From positions 1-43,034 of the IMG/VR virus record IMGVR_UViG_3300034025_000032: DNA of 43,034 nt; one strand, given 5' to 3'. Shown piece after piece: positions 28,345-36,607 of this stretch. The notes under the pieces are model-generated. The model had not been told where the DNA came from. It did not search any database and worked only from the letters and a program-made list of their open reading frames with translations. Every line of letters begins with the position of its first letter. Position 1 is the first letter of the stretch. The position numbers and the translations under genes were made by a program. Source of the DNA: a virus (lineage: Duplodnaviria; Caudoviricetes).

Positions 28345-29160
28345 ATGCGCATTGTTTCTCGAAACGTTGTGAAGCGCGCGGTGCTGGCGGCATCGGCCAC
28401 GACCGGCGCGCTGAGCGTCGACAACCTACATTCTGACGACAAGTCCCGGGTGTTCCGTGCACCAGGTACCAGCGTCACAATCACCGGCACGTTGCCGGCG
28501 GCAGAGGCAATCGCCTGTGTGCATCTGCCCTTCTGCAACTTGTCACCTACGGCAACATGGCGGATACGGCTCTATTCCGGCCTGGCCGGCGTGGGCCAGC
28601 TCCGTGACACTGGTGCGGTCACAGCGGCGCCAGCGCCTGCTCGCACGCCCGAGGACTGGACCGCCGCGCAGGCTGCCAGTGCATATTCCAACGGCGGCGG
28701 CGCCCACGCTCGCGCATGGTTCCCCATCACGCTGGCGCGCAGCTTCGTGATCGATATCGTCGACACGGCAAATGCCCAGGGCTACATTGAGGCGGCCGCG
28801 GCGCTGGTCGCTGGCGAATATTGGCAGCCAGTGTACGGCGCCAGCGGGGTTACATTCACGCCAGTCGACAGCACGGAGATTTACCGCACAGCCGGCGGCG
28901 GCCAGATGGCCAGGGCCGGTAGCATTCACAGGCGCGTGCCGGTTGAGTTGGGCCACTTGGAGCCAGCCGACCGGACAAAGGCCGTGAGCTTGATGATGAA
29001 CTCGCGCGCCTCTCCCGTTCTCGTGAGCGTGTTCCCTGAAAACGTCGACGCCGCGCTCGATCGAGACTACGCGGTATATGGCCGCCGCGCGCGCGACATC
29101 GACGTCGCCATAAAATATGCCGCCGCATACTCATCGACCATCGACGTCGAAGAAATCTAG
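28345..29160 (+). CDS. Minor tail protein
   Basis: MRIVSRNV..NLSPTATWRIRLY..GYIEA..GEYWQP; last gene before the terminator and lysis genes. Confidence 0.7.
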   Translation: MRIVSRNVVKRAVLAASATTGALSVDNLHSDDKSRVFRAPGTSVTITGTLPAAEAIACVHLPFCNLSPTATWRIRLYSGLAGVGQLRDTGAVTAAPAPARTPEDWTAAQAASAYSNGGGAHARAWFPITLARSFVIDIVDTANAQGYIEAAAALVAGEYWQPVYGASGVTFTPVDSTEIYRTAGGGQMARAGSIHRRVPVELGHLEPADRTKAVSLMMNSRASPVLVSVFPENVDAALDRDYAVYGRRARDIDVAIKYAAAYSSTIDVEEI

Positions 29161-29180
29161 TGCACTCCCTCTCAACCTAC

Positions 29181-29205
29181 AGCCTGCCGCGTGCAGGCTT
29201 TTTTT
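29181..29205 (+). terminator. Rho-independent terminator before the lysis module
   Basis: AGCCTGC-cgcgt-GCAGGCT followed by a T run. Confidence 0.8.
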
Positions 29206-29272
29206 ATGGGCCGCCCATGAACACCTCGAAAGAATGCCGCGTAAGTTTCACGCTTCACCCTTCGGAGGCCGT

Positions 29273-29728
29273 ATGGGCTGGCCAAAAATAATGCGGCGGC
29301 GCCGGCCTGACGGTGGAGAGCGTGTCGGGTCAATATTCCGAGCGTACATCGGCGGCAATGCGATCGTCAGCGCCTACATGGCCGTGTTGGAACCCAGATC
29401 CCTTATGTACTGGGTGGCCTCCACACAAGAGGGTGCCTGCCTCATTTTTCTCTTGGCAATAGTCGGGGCCGCGGCGCTACTTGACGCTGTGATCAACGAC
29501 TTTCTTCCAGATCGGTTCCACTGGCGTGTCGCGCTCAGACAGCGGCATTTCATTCTGGCGGCAATGGCTTTTTGCTACGTGGCGCAGCTATACGTCGCCT
29601 TCCTTTACCTACGCTCCTCGGGGCTGCTAATTCACTACCTGTGGAACGTTTTCGCCATCATGGCGGTTGCGTTTTTCGATGCTCACCAGAGATCAAAGGA
29701 CGCGTCATGCGTGATAGTCATCAACTAA
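29273..29728 (+). CDS. Multi-pass membrane protein (holin/antiholin-like)
   Basis: About 4 hydrophobic segments and a basic N-terminus (RRRRP); SD GGAGG before ATG 29273; start uncertain. Confidence 0.6.
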   Translation: MGWPKIMRRRRPDGGERVGSIFRAYIGGNAIVSAYMAVLEPRSLMYWVASTQEGACLIFLLAIVGAAALLDAVINDFLPDRFHWRVALRQRHFILAAMAFCYVAQLYVAFLYLRSSGLLIHYLWNVFAIMAVAFFDAHQRSKDASCVIVIN

Positions 29729-30129
29729 AAAAGCTGTGCTGGACGTACCTGCTGACGTTCTGGAGCGCGAGCGCCTGGGCTGCTGGCGGCACGTTCGCCA
29801 GTGACCTCTCCAGCATTCCGCCCGCGGCAGTCGCTGTCGCTGTGGCGCTGGCTCTGGTAGGTGGGGCGTCGGCGACGTTGCAGAAGATCGCCAGTCCTGA
29901 GTTCGTCGTCCGGAGCGTGCCGCTGGAAATCATCAAGGATATTTTCGCATCGGTCGTAGCCGGCTTGGTCACCTACTCAATCTGCGCTTGGCAAGAATTC
30001 CCCTTACTGCTCCAGCCTGCCTGCATCACCATCGCCGGCTATGGCGGCTCCCGTGTGCTCGAGCGCTATCTGGCCGCCGGCATAACTCGCATCGACCGCC
30101 TCGGCGGCAAACCTGAAGGAACACCATGA
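29707..30129 (+). CDS. Holin
   Basis: 3-4 TM segments, IAGYGGSRVLE, charged C-terminus; directly precedes the endolysin. Confidence 0.7.
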   Translation: MRDSHQLKKLCWTYLLTFWSASAWAAGGTFASDLSSIPPAAVAVAVALALVGGASATLQKIASPEFVVRSVPLEIIKDIFASVVAGLVTYSICAWQEFPLLLQPACITIAGYGGSRVLERYLAAGITRIDRLGGKPEGTP

Positions 30130-30548
30130 TCAACAGTCGAGACATTAATCAGCTTCACCCTGTTGTCGCTGCTAAAGCAGGGGCATTCGTAGCCGCTTGC
30201 AAGGCCGCAGGGATCGCAGTGCTGATCTATTCCACATACCGCGACCACGAATCGCAGGACGCAATCTATGCTCAGGGCCGCACCGAGCCCGGGCCGAAGG
30301 TGACGAACGCCAAAGGCGGGCAGAGCTATCACCAGTATCGCTGCGCATTCGACTTCGTTCCAACAATCAACAGCGTGGCTCAATGGAACGATCGCAAGGC
30401 CTATGCCAAGTGCGGCGCCATTGCAGAAGCGTTGGGGTTCGAGTGGGGCGGTCGTTGGACCAGTCCGGATATGCCGCACTGTCAGTTCACCGGCGGCTTG
30501 TCGCTGGCAGACCTGCGCGCCGGCAAGGAGATACCATGCAAGCCATGA
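30126..30548 (+). CDS. Endolysin, peptidase M15 family (L-Ala-D-Glu type)
   Basis: TYRD..Q..YAQGRT, VTNAKGGQSYHQY..AFD, EWGGRW and DMPHCQ motifs. Confidence 0.93.
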   Translation: MINSRDINQLHPVVAAKAGAFVAACKAAGIAVLIYSTYRDHESQDAIYAQGRTEPGPKVTNAKGGQSYHQYRCAFDFVPTINSVAQWNDRKAYAKCGAIAEALGFEWGGRWTSPDMPHCQFTGGLSLADLRAGKEIPCKP

Positions 30549-30931
30549 GCACGATCACGCGCGCCGCAGTAAGTGGGATCTGGAAGCTTGCCGCGATTTT
30601 GCTGCTCGTTGTTCTGGTAGCGACCGTGGCCGGCATGGGCTACCACTGGCACATGGCCGCGCGCGACCGTGACAGCGCGCAGGTCGCGCTACTCGCCTCG
30701 CAGCAGGCTGTCATAGATCTCAAGGAAGCGATCAGGCGGCAGAACGAGGCGATCGACGGGCTGGCCAAAGACAAGGCGGCGGCGGAGGACCGCGGCCGCG
30801 CCGCGCAGCAGCTCGCCGCCGCGAACGGAAAGCGGTTTGACCAAGTGCTCGCCCGCACGCGTACCGTGAAAGCAACGACATGCACAGAAGCTATGCCTGT
30901 GGTGAACGATGTCCTGGAGTCCATTCGATGA
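30536..30931 (+). CDS. Rz-like inner-membrane spanin
   Basis: N-terminal TM then coiled coil; start at 30536 (SD AAGGAG) or 30545. Confidence 0.8.
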   Translation: MQAMSTITRAAVSGIWKLAAILLLVVLVATVAGMGYHWHMAARDRDSAQVALLASQQAVIDLKEAIRRQNEAIDGLAKDKAAAEDRGRAAQQLAAANGKRFDQVLARTRTVKATTCTEAMPVVNDVLESIR

Positions 30932-31185
30932 AGACCATCCTGCTGATCCTACTGCTCATTTTCTCTGGACTGGCCGGCTGCGCCACGAAGCCGGCTACCG
31001 TCGAGGTCAAAGTTCCCGTGTTGGTCAAGTGCGTCAAGGACGTGCCTACACGTCCAGCGTACGCGGCGCCCGCCCTGTCTCCAGATGCAAGCGAAGGGGA
31101 GAAGGTGCTGGCTCTGGCGAGGGACACCCCGTTGCACTTCAAATATGAGGGGCTGCTCGAGGCAGTTATCGCAGGCTGCCGCTGA
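30928..31185 (+). CDS. Rz1-like outer-membrane lipoprotein spanin
   Basis: Signal peptide with lipobox LAGC; Pro-rich; C-terminal Cys. Confidence 0.85.
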   Translation: MKTILLILLLIFSGLAGCATKPATVEVKVPVLVKCVKDVPTRPAYAAPALSPDASEGEKVLALARDTPLHFKYEGLLEAVIAGCR

Positions 31186-31360
31186 GCATCATGTCGTCGA
31201 CAATTGATTCCGGCTCGCCCACTGCCACCACAATGGCCGGATCGGATCCGCGCACCGGTATCACGGCTGATTCGGCGCGTGTGTATTCGAGCAGTGCCAG
31301 CGCTGCTTGCACCAGCTGATCCTGCAACTCACGCCGCCGTTTCGTATAGTTGTCGTCCAT
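31166..31360 (-). CDS. Hypothetical protein, probably leaderless
   Basis: 64-aa ORF; minus-strand TAGAAT -10 box ends 6 nt before the ATG. Confidence 0.55.
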   Translation of the reverse strand: MDDNYTKRRRELQDQLVQAALALLEYTRAESAVIPVRGSDPAIVVAVGEPESIVDDMMLSGSLR

Positions 31361-31387
31361 GGTCTGATTCTAGCCCAGGTTGGAGCT

Positions 31388-31410
31388 TGCTATACTGGCC
31401 GGATGTACAG
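31388..31410 (+). promoter_or_regulatory. Extended -10 promoter overlapped by a LexA-type box
   Basis: TGcTATACT (31388-96); CTGG-ccggatgt-ACAG (31395-31410) fits CTG-N10-CAG. Confidence 0.65.
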
Positions 31411-31753
31411 CAAAGTTAAACGTCTGCGCCGCGGTGGCGCGCGCCGGAGCGATCGCGATATTCAAGCCGATCCTGGTACCGTGGGGCATGTCACGTTGGC
31501 CACGGTCGGTACAAACCGTGAGATGAAGGTCCACGCCGCCGGTGATGACTCCCAGCGCCTGCCAGCCATCCCGTTACTGTACAACCCGCAGCTGCTGGCC
31601 ATGCACGGTAACCGCCAGTTGTTCGCGGGCCTGGAGCGCCAGGGCGACCAGAATGATCCATCGGCCCCGTTGTTCATGCAGGAGTGGGCAATAGAGGTGC
31701 TGGTCGATCCGCCGGCTGAGCTTGCTGAAACATCACACCGGCCGCCGGGCTGA
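31403..31753 (+). CDS. Hypothetical protein, probably leaderless and SOS-regulated
   Basis: MYSKVKRLRRGG..MQEWAIEV; ATG sits at the expected +1; no SD. Confidence 0.7.
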   Translation: MYSKVKRLRRGGARRSDRDIQADPGTVGHVTLATVGTNREMKVHAAGDDSQRLPAIPLLYNPQLLAMHGNRQLFAGLERQGDQNDPSAPLFMQEWAIEVLVDPPAELAETSHRPPG

Positions 31754-31918
31754 TTGGCGCCGGCGCCCGCCGGGCATCAGAACGCGCACGATCACGCGGA
31801 AGGCAACGCCGTAGTGACTCATGTAATGAGCGGCCTGGTACCGATTTCCGCTCCGACAAATTGCCAGTCCTTCGTCTACGATCTGAGATGTGGTGGTGTT
31901 CGGGCGTGCGCGCTGCAT
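31733..31918 (-). CDS. Small basic hypothetical protein
   Basis: Strong SD AGGAGG before ATG 31918; 61 aa. Confidence 0.6.
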   Translation of the reverse strand: MQRARPNTTTSQIVDEGLAICRSGNRYQAAHYMSHYGVAFRVIVRVLMPGGRRRQSARRPV

Positions 31919-32101
31919 GGCTCCTCCTGGTGAAGGTGTACGATAGCGATGATGGCTTGGCGCGTGGATGCGCGGGGTCAAACGTGTGCTTGGCGGGTCC
32001 CGGGGAATTTGCCAGGGAATTTCGCCGGGAATTTGGGGGAATGCAGGGGTAGTGCCACTATGACGGGTATCCCCTGAGTACCCCCAATATCCCACCGTTA
32101 C

Positions 32102-32145
32102 AGGTTCATAGCCTATCGGGGGTTCGAATCCCCCTCTCTCCGCCA
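32102..32145 (+). other. att core: 3' fragment of tRNA-Ser (variable arm, T arm, acceptor 3' strand, CCA)
   Basis: AGGTTCATAGCCTATC-GGGGGTTCGAATCCCCC-TCTCTCC-G-CCA; G discriminator and long variable arm indicate Ser; 5' half absent. Confidence 0.9.
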
Positions 32146-32152
32146 GAATACT

Positions 32153-32178
32153 AAGCCCCTGTTTTCAGGGGCTTTTTT
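32153..32178 (+). terminator. Terminator after the tRNA fragment (likely bidirectional)
   Basis: AAGCCCCTG-tttt-CAGGGGCTT followed by TTTT. Confidence 0.85.
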
Positions 32179-32192
32179 GTTTTCTGCGCGTA

Positions 32193-33371
32193 TCACTTGC
32201 CAGGCTCAGCAGCCCTCGGGGAATTTTCGGGGAAATTCTGAGCCATGGCCTGTTCCATCTTCTCCATCTCCCTGTCGTCATCGCTGCTGGTGATCCATTT
32301 CGCGTAGACCGTGAAGAACATGCGCAAGCTGTGGCCGAGCTGGTTGGCCAGGAAGCCGGGCTTGGCTCCGCTCATGAGTCCGATCGTGGCGTAGGTGTGC
32401 CGCATGTTGTACGGACGGCGGTACCGGATACCCAGACGCTTCAAAGTGATTTCCCAAAAGCTCCGCACGTCCGTGATCTTCGCATAGGCCCATGGCTTGT
32501 CCGTCTTCGGGTCGTGGAATACGTGCCCTCCGGCCAGCTGCGTATGCGCCTTCTGTCGCTCGATCGCTTCCATGGCCAGCTTCGTCAGCTTCACCACGCG
32601 CGCCTCATAGGTCTTTGTCGAGTCAGACTCCTCGTCGTACACGTTGGCTCCGTCGATCAGCAGCTCCCGCTTCTGGAAATCAATGTCGCCCCAGCGAAGC
32701 GCAATTCCCTCGGACGTGCGCAGGCCCGTGAAGAACATCATCTGCACAAAGTTCGCCACCTGCTCCTGTCGGTGCTCGCGCAGGTGCGCCACGATTTGGT
32801 GAGCCTCCTGCAGGTCGAATGGATCGGGCGCCGGCTTCTGGTAGGCCGCGCGTGTCACCTCGCCGCATGGGTTGTCAGTGATGAGCTTGTCACGTTTGGC
32901 GAACTCGAACACGCCCTTGATGAGTGACAGTTCATTGTTGCGGCTCTTACCGCTCTTCCACGTTCCGGCATTCAAAGCCTCCAGGATGACCGAGTAGGTT
33001 ACCTCGGCGATTGGCTGGTCTTTCAGCTGCTTCTTCCAGAAATTTTCGATGCGGTTACGGTACTGGCCCTTGGTGGAGGCCTTCACATCATGCAAGCGCA
33101 GCCAGGTATCCATGACGGCGTGAAGCATCGGCACGCCGGCGGCGGCCTCATTTGCACGCGGCGAGTTGGGGAAGTACTCGCAATAGACAAACGTCCCATC
33201 GCTGACCCTCTTGCGGATCTCGGCTGCCAGGCGGATCGCATACTTGGCGTTTGCCGGAGTGGGGGCCAGCGGCTGGTCGTTGACGTAAAGCGTCTCCTTC
33301 CGCAACAGCCCCCGATAAGTGAAGCGCACCCTGATGCTGCTCTCACGTAGTTCAATACCGCCCGTTGCCAT
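32193..33371 (-). CDS. int: Tyrosine integrase with an arm-binding N-domain
   Basis: TGLRTSE..LRWGDID, TKT, YNMRHTYAT, QLGHS and VYAKW catalytic motifs; EYFPNS N-domain. Confidence 0.97.
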   Translation of the reverse strand: MATGGIELRESSIRVRFTYRGLLRKETLYVNDQPLAPTPANAKYAIRLAAEIRKRVSDGTFVYCEYFPNSPRANEAAAGVPMLHAVMDTWLRLHDVKASTKGQYRNRIENFWKKQLKDQPIAEVTYSVILEALNAGTWKSGKSRNNELSLIKGVFEFAKRDKLITDNPCGEVTRAAYQKPAPDPFDLQEAHQIVAHLREHRQEQVANFVQMMFFTGLRTSEGIALRWGDIDFQKRELLIDGANVYDEESDSTKTYEARVVKLTKLAMEAIERQKAHTQLAGGHVFHDPKTDKPWAYAKITDVRSFWEITLKRLGIRYRRPYNMRHTYATIGLMSGAKPGFLANQLGHSLRMFFTVYAKWITSSDDDREMEKMEQAMAQNFPENSPRAAEPGK

Positions 33372-33384
33372 CTTTAATTCCTTA

Positions 33385-33582
33385 TCACTGTGCTCCCTCC
33401 ACCCAATCGTAGTAGGCCTGCACGTTCATTGTGATGCGTCCGTCGGGGGCTTTGCGGTAGTGCTTTCCCGCCAACCAGACGCCATCTTCCATTTTCCGTC
33501 GAACCGCCTTTTCGGAGTATCCCGTCAGCTGGCAGAACATGGGTATCAATACCCACTGAACTTGGATTGCCAGATCCGTCAT
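33385..33582 (-). CDS. xis: Excisionase
   Basis: FCQLTGYSEKAVRRKMEDGVW..HYRKAPDGRI..YYDWV; directly upstream of int. Confidence 0.88.
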   Translation of the reverse strand: MTDLAIQVQWVLIPMFCQLTGYSEKAVRRKMEDGVWLAGKHYRKAPDGRITMNVQAYYDWVEGAQ

Positions 33583-33734
33583 GGCTCACCTCCCTGTGCA
33601 TCATCACCTTTCGGGCCGTCTTCAGTCGGGCAGCATCCACCTGGTTCCTCGGCGCCCACGGCGAAGGGCACCTCAATCAGCTTGCGCAGGATGGCCGGGT
33701 CGCGCTTTGGCGGTTCTTCGTCGGTACCCATCAC
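33579..33734 (-). CDS. Small hypothetical protein
   Basis: Fills the gap with 4-nt overlaps at both ends. Confidence 0.4.
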   Translation of the reverse strand: MMGTDEEPPKRDPAILRKLIEVPFAVGAEEPGGCCPTEDGPKGDDAQGGEP

Positions 33735-34216
33735 GCCTCTCCCTTCATTGCTGCGATAGCCCGCTTGCGGCCTATCCATTCCTTGAACTCGGAGATTTCC
33801 TCCGGCGTGCTGTCGCCGTAAATCGGATGGCCCGCGTCCCTCTCCGTCGCGCTGTCAATGCTCGGTGCGCGATCCGGGGTTCCAATTCCCTCGAATTCGG
33901 GGGTTTTAATGCTCGATGCGCGATCCGGGGCGGGATGCTCGTAGAGCTTGATCATTTTCGGATCTGGCCGGATGCCATGGATGTCGAAGTAGTCTTCAAA
34001 GACGATATGCTTCCTGCCGCTGGTCATCCTCGCCACCGGCTCGGCTGCTGCCTGGGGAATGGCGCGCGCTGCCTGCCATGCTTCCCACGCATGCTGTGTG
34101 GCCACCGATATGTAGTACTCGCTATGAGACTTCGGCGCGCGATTCAGATGGTACTGCCCTTCTGCCCACGCCTCAAAGAGATCGCGCTCTGCTTCTGGTG
34201 TTTGGTTCATGGTCAT
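33731..34216 (-). CDS. Modular early accessory protein
   Basis: ERDLFEAW..AWEAWQAAR and AEPVA motifs common in lambdoid early accessory proteins; ATGA overlap. Confidence 0.7.
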   Translation of the reverse strand: MTMNQTPEAERDLFEAWAEGQYHLNRAPKSHSEYYISVATQHAWEAWQAARAIPQAAAEPVARMTSGRKHIVFEDYFDIHGIRPDPKMIKLYEHPAPDRASSIKTPEFEGIGTPDRAPSIDSATERDAGHPIYGDSTPEEISEFKEWIGRKRAIAAMKGEA

Positions 34217-34473
34217 CCTATCGGGTAAATCCATTTCGGGTCGGTAGCAAACAGCGGGCTCTGCGCCTGTGCCTCGCCGCGATCCACCTTGTTTTTGAGT
34301 GCCTGCGCCGCATCGCACAGCCTGTTGTAAGCTTCCACCGTGCCAACCTGCGTTTCCAGGCCGCGCACGGCCGTCATAAGCCCGTAATCGCATGGCCGCA
34401 AGATCCGTTTCGGCGCTGGGCGGCTGGCCACGCCAACCACCGGGAGCTGGCGGATATCGGACTTATCGCTCAT
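34213..34473 (-). CDS. Hypothetical protein
   Basis: SD-like GGGAGAG before ATG 34473; coupled to its neighbours. Confidence 0.65.
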   Translation of the reverse strand: MSDKSDIRQLPVVGVASRPAPKRILRPCDYGLMTAVRGLETQVGTVEAYNRLCDAAQALKNKVDRGEAQAQSPLFATDPKWIYPIG

Positions 34474-34777
34474 TCTTCTCTCCCTTCGTCTCGCCGGCAC
34501 TCAGGGCAGCGCGGACCAGCTCGGCGCTGAAAGATGGCTCGTACTCACGCTCGACGGTGAAGCGGGCCAGCTCGGGGCCGGTCTTGCCGTCGTACAGCGT
34601 GATGGTGCGCGGCCAGACTCCCTCCCATCCGTCGCGCTCGCTGTGGAAGTCGGCAGCGGCAACCTCGGCCAGATATTCCAAGTCGGAATCGCTGTCGTTG
34701 TCGCTGTCCCATTCAGCGTGCTCGGGTGGCATTGCGTAGCGGTAGCCGCCTGCGCCTGCGGTGTAATGAAGCTTCAC
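34463..34777 (-). CDS. Acidic hypothetical protein
   Basis: GTG start with SD AGGAGG; AAADFH..DGWE..WP..FTVEREYEPSF. Confidence 0.7.
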   Translation of the reverse strand: MKLHYTAGAGGYRYAMPPEHAEWDSDNDSDSDLEYLAEVAAADFHSERDGWEGVWPRTITLYDGKTGPELARFTVEREYEPSFSAELVRAALSAGETKGEKNER

Positions 34778-35913
34778 GCTGGACCTCCTGTCGGTTCTGC
34801 ACTCATAGCAGCATCCCAACGCTCGTTAAACTCGGCACGGCTGATAATCGGCTCGTCCCCTGTCGGCTCTGCACTCTTGAATGGGTCTTCGCCAGCCTCT
34901 TCCAGCAACGCCTGGATCTTGGCGCGCAGGCCAGTTGAGATCACAAAGCCGCGCTCTTTGTACCCGGCTACGTCCTCGCGCTTCACTTCGCGCAGCACCG
35001 TGATTGCCGGATGCTCTGTCGGCTCTGCACTCTTTACAGCGGGAGAGGGCTGGGACAGGGCGCGGATGGCATGGACAGCATCAGTCACGGCGGTCGAATA
35101 GTCGGTGGTGTAACGGCGTGCAAGCGTGCAGATCGCGTTCGCCGCTTCTTCCAGTGCCGCACTGCGGATCGCTTCGGCATCGGGTGTTGCAACGGGCGGG
35201 CGAGCGTCGATGTAGGCGACCAGCGCATACCATGCCGCTTTACGTAGGTGTGACAGTTCTTCGACCGCTCCGGTAAGGTCCGTGATCAAATCGCAGAACG
35301 TCAGGTCATCCCCAATGCTGCCCACGCTGGCAACGGGCGGGCGAGCGGCAAGGGCAGCGCGGAGGTCGGCAATTTCGGCCGCCTTAAGTTCCTCCTGCTC
35401 GTCCGTGTCTGGATAGCCTTGCGGGCGGCCAGAAAAGCCTAGCTCCGTCGCGCGATCCTGCCAAGTTGCAATCTCGCTCGCCTCGGCCTTGCCTTCTGGC
35501 GCGGCAGGGGTGGCGTCTTTGCACGGAGGCGAGCAGCTTCCATCGCACGTGAGACTGTGCCACCTGTCGTCATCGCCCGCCTGTCCGGCTTTATCGTCCT
35601 GCTGGGCGATGGCAATGCGTACCGGCGCGTCCGAAAAGATCGACTTGTGAAACTCAACCGCTTGGTCCGATTCCTTGAATTGCAGGGTGACGGTGCGCGC
35701 GCCGTAGTCAAGAGTAGAGCGAAAACAGGCGTTGAGGTGCATAGGTTCGCCCGCTGGCTGGATAGCTGCGGTGGCGGCAAAGGCGGCGCGGCACATGGCC
35801 ATCGTTTCGAGGCTGATAAGGCTGCGCTGGTGGAATGTCTTTTCAAGTGCTTCGCGTGCTGCGCGCAGTATCGCCACAGGGTCGGCGGCTGGTGTAGGGG
35901 TGGCGTGGCTCAT
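34774..35913 (-). CDS. Mosaic early accessory protein with internal junction repeats
   Basis: 379 aa; SAEPT three times and ARPPVA twice; IRSAALEEAA motif. Confidence 0.75.
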   Translation of the reverse strand: MSHATPTPAADPVAILRAAREALEKTFHQRSLISLETMAMCRAAFAATAAIQPAGEPMHLNACFRSTLDYGARTVTLQFKESDQAVEFHKSIFSDAPVRIAIAQQDDKAGQAGDDDRWHSLTCDGSCSPPCKDATPAAPEGKAEASEIATWQDRATELGFSGRPQGYPDTDEQEELKAAEIADLRAALAARPPVASVGSIGDDLTFCDLITDLTGAVEELSHLRKAAWYALVAYIDARPPVATPDAEAIRSAALEEAANAICTLARRYTTDYSTAVTDAVHAIRALSQPSPAVKSAEPTEHPAITVLREVKREDVAGYKERGFVISTGLRAKIQALLEEAGEDPFKSAEPTGDEPIISRAEFNERWDAAMSAEPTGGPA

Positions 35914-36413
35914 GTTGGTTCCTTCGTAATATGCTTTTCAGTCCAATCGCGCACGCATTGCCACCGCTGTGCGCCTGCCTTCTCGTTCGGCATAGTTATG
36001 CCGGTCCTATGCCTGCCCCATTCTGGATAATAGGGGCGGACCGGGCCGCAGATCTCAATCTCGAACCACTTGTTTTCGCTCACGTGGTCGTCGTTCACCC
36101 ACATGATCTCGCGGGCCAGCTGCTCGGCAATGTTGAACTTCGGCCCGAGCGATTCCACGTCGTAGGTGTCGATAGACGCAAGGTTCAGCCCGCGCGCCTG
36201 GCCAACGACACCGAGTGCGCAAAACTGGCCATCCGCCTCGAGCTCGCCGGCAACCAGCTCTTTGACTGGCATCGCGTCCAGTGCGGCAAGCAGCTCGCGC
36301 AACAGGGCCTGTCCGCGCTTACCCCTGATCGCTGATGCGACCTGCGCGCGATACCGGCCGAGGGCCAGCGGATCGTCGTCGCCGAAGTCGTCGCAATATC
36401 CGCTGCGGCTCAT
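35910..36413 (-). CDS. Conserved-type phage hypothetical protein
   Basis: MSRSGY.DD..SAIRGKRGQALLRELLAALDAMP..CALG..LAREI.WVND. Confidence 0.8.
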   Translation of the reverse strand: MSRSGYCDDFGDDDPLALGRYRAQVASAIRGKRGQALLRELLAALDAMPVKELVAGELEADGQFCALGVVGQARGLNLASIDTYDVESLGPKFNIAEQLAREIMWVNDDHVSENKWFEIEICGPVRPYYPEWGRHRTGITMPNEKAGAQRWQCVRDWTEKHITKEPT

Positions 36414-36607
36414 AGTGCCCCCTTCTTCTCAGTCTCGCGCTCGCCTTGTGGCGCAGCGGGAAGGATTGCAGCTACTTGATTCTCAAGCCGGGCAATTCGC
36501 TCCAGTGCATTAATCAGCGCCCCCTTGATATCGAAATCGGTCAATTCAGCATTCACTATGTTGATAAAATCTGCTGCTTCCTTTGGGTCGGCATATTGCA
36601 GGTTCAT
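36410..36607 (-). CDS. Hypothetical protein
   Basis: ATGA-coupled ORF. Confidence 0.6.
   Translation of the reverse strand: MNLQYADPKEAADFINIVNAELTDFDIKGALINALERIARLENQVAAILPAAPQGERETEKKGAL

Larger units (their letters stand above)
32003..32237. other. attP region: arm-type repeats flanking the core
   Basis: GGGAATTT at 32003, 32015 and 32027 (12-bp period) and at 32219, variant at 32230; TA(T)CCC repeats at 32068, 32079 and 32088; adjacent to the integrase 3' end. Confidence 0.75.

Noticed and set aside
32003-32042. Regularly spaced GGGAATTT repeats as a CRISPR or iteron array
   Set aside because: 8-bp units with 4-bp gaps beside an integrase fit arm-type sites; no cas or rep gene.
32102-32145. 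Possible phage-encoded tRNA gene
   Set aside because: D arm, anticodon arm and 5' acceptor strand are missing; it is an att core.
34788-35347. Direct repeats as a CRISPR mini-array or DGR template/variable repeats
   Set aside because: Irregular in-frame spacing inside a CDS, no reverse transcriptase in the window, and no long adenine-specific repeat pair seen.
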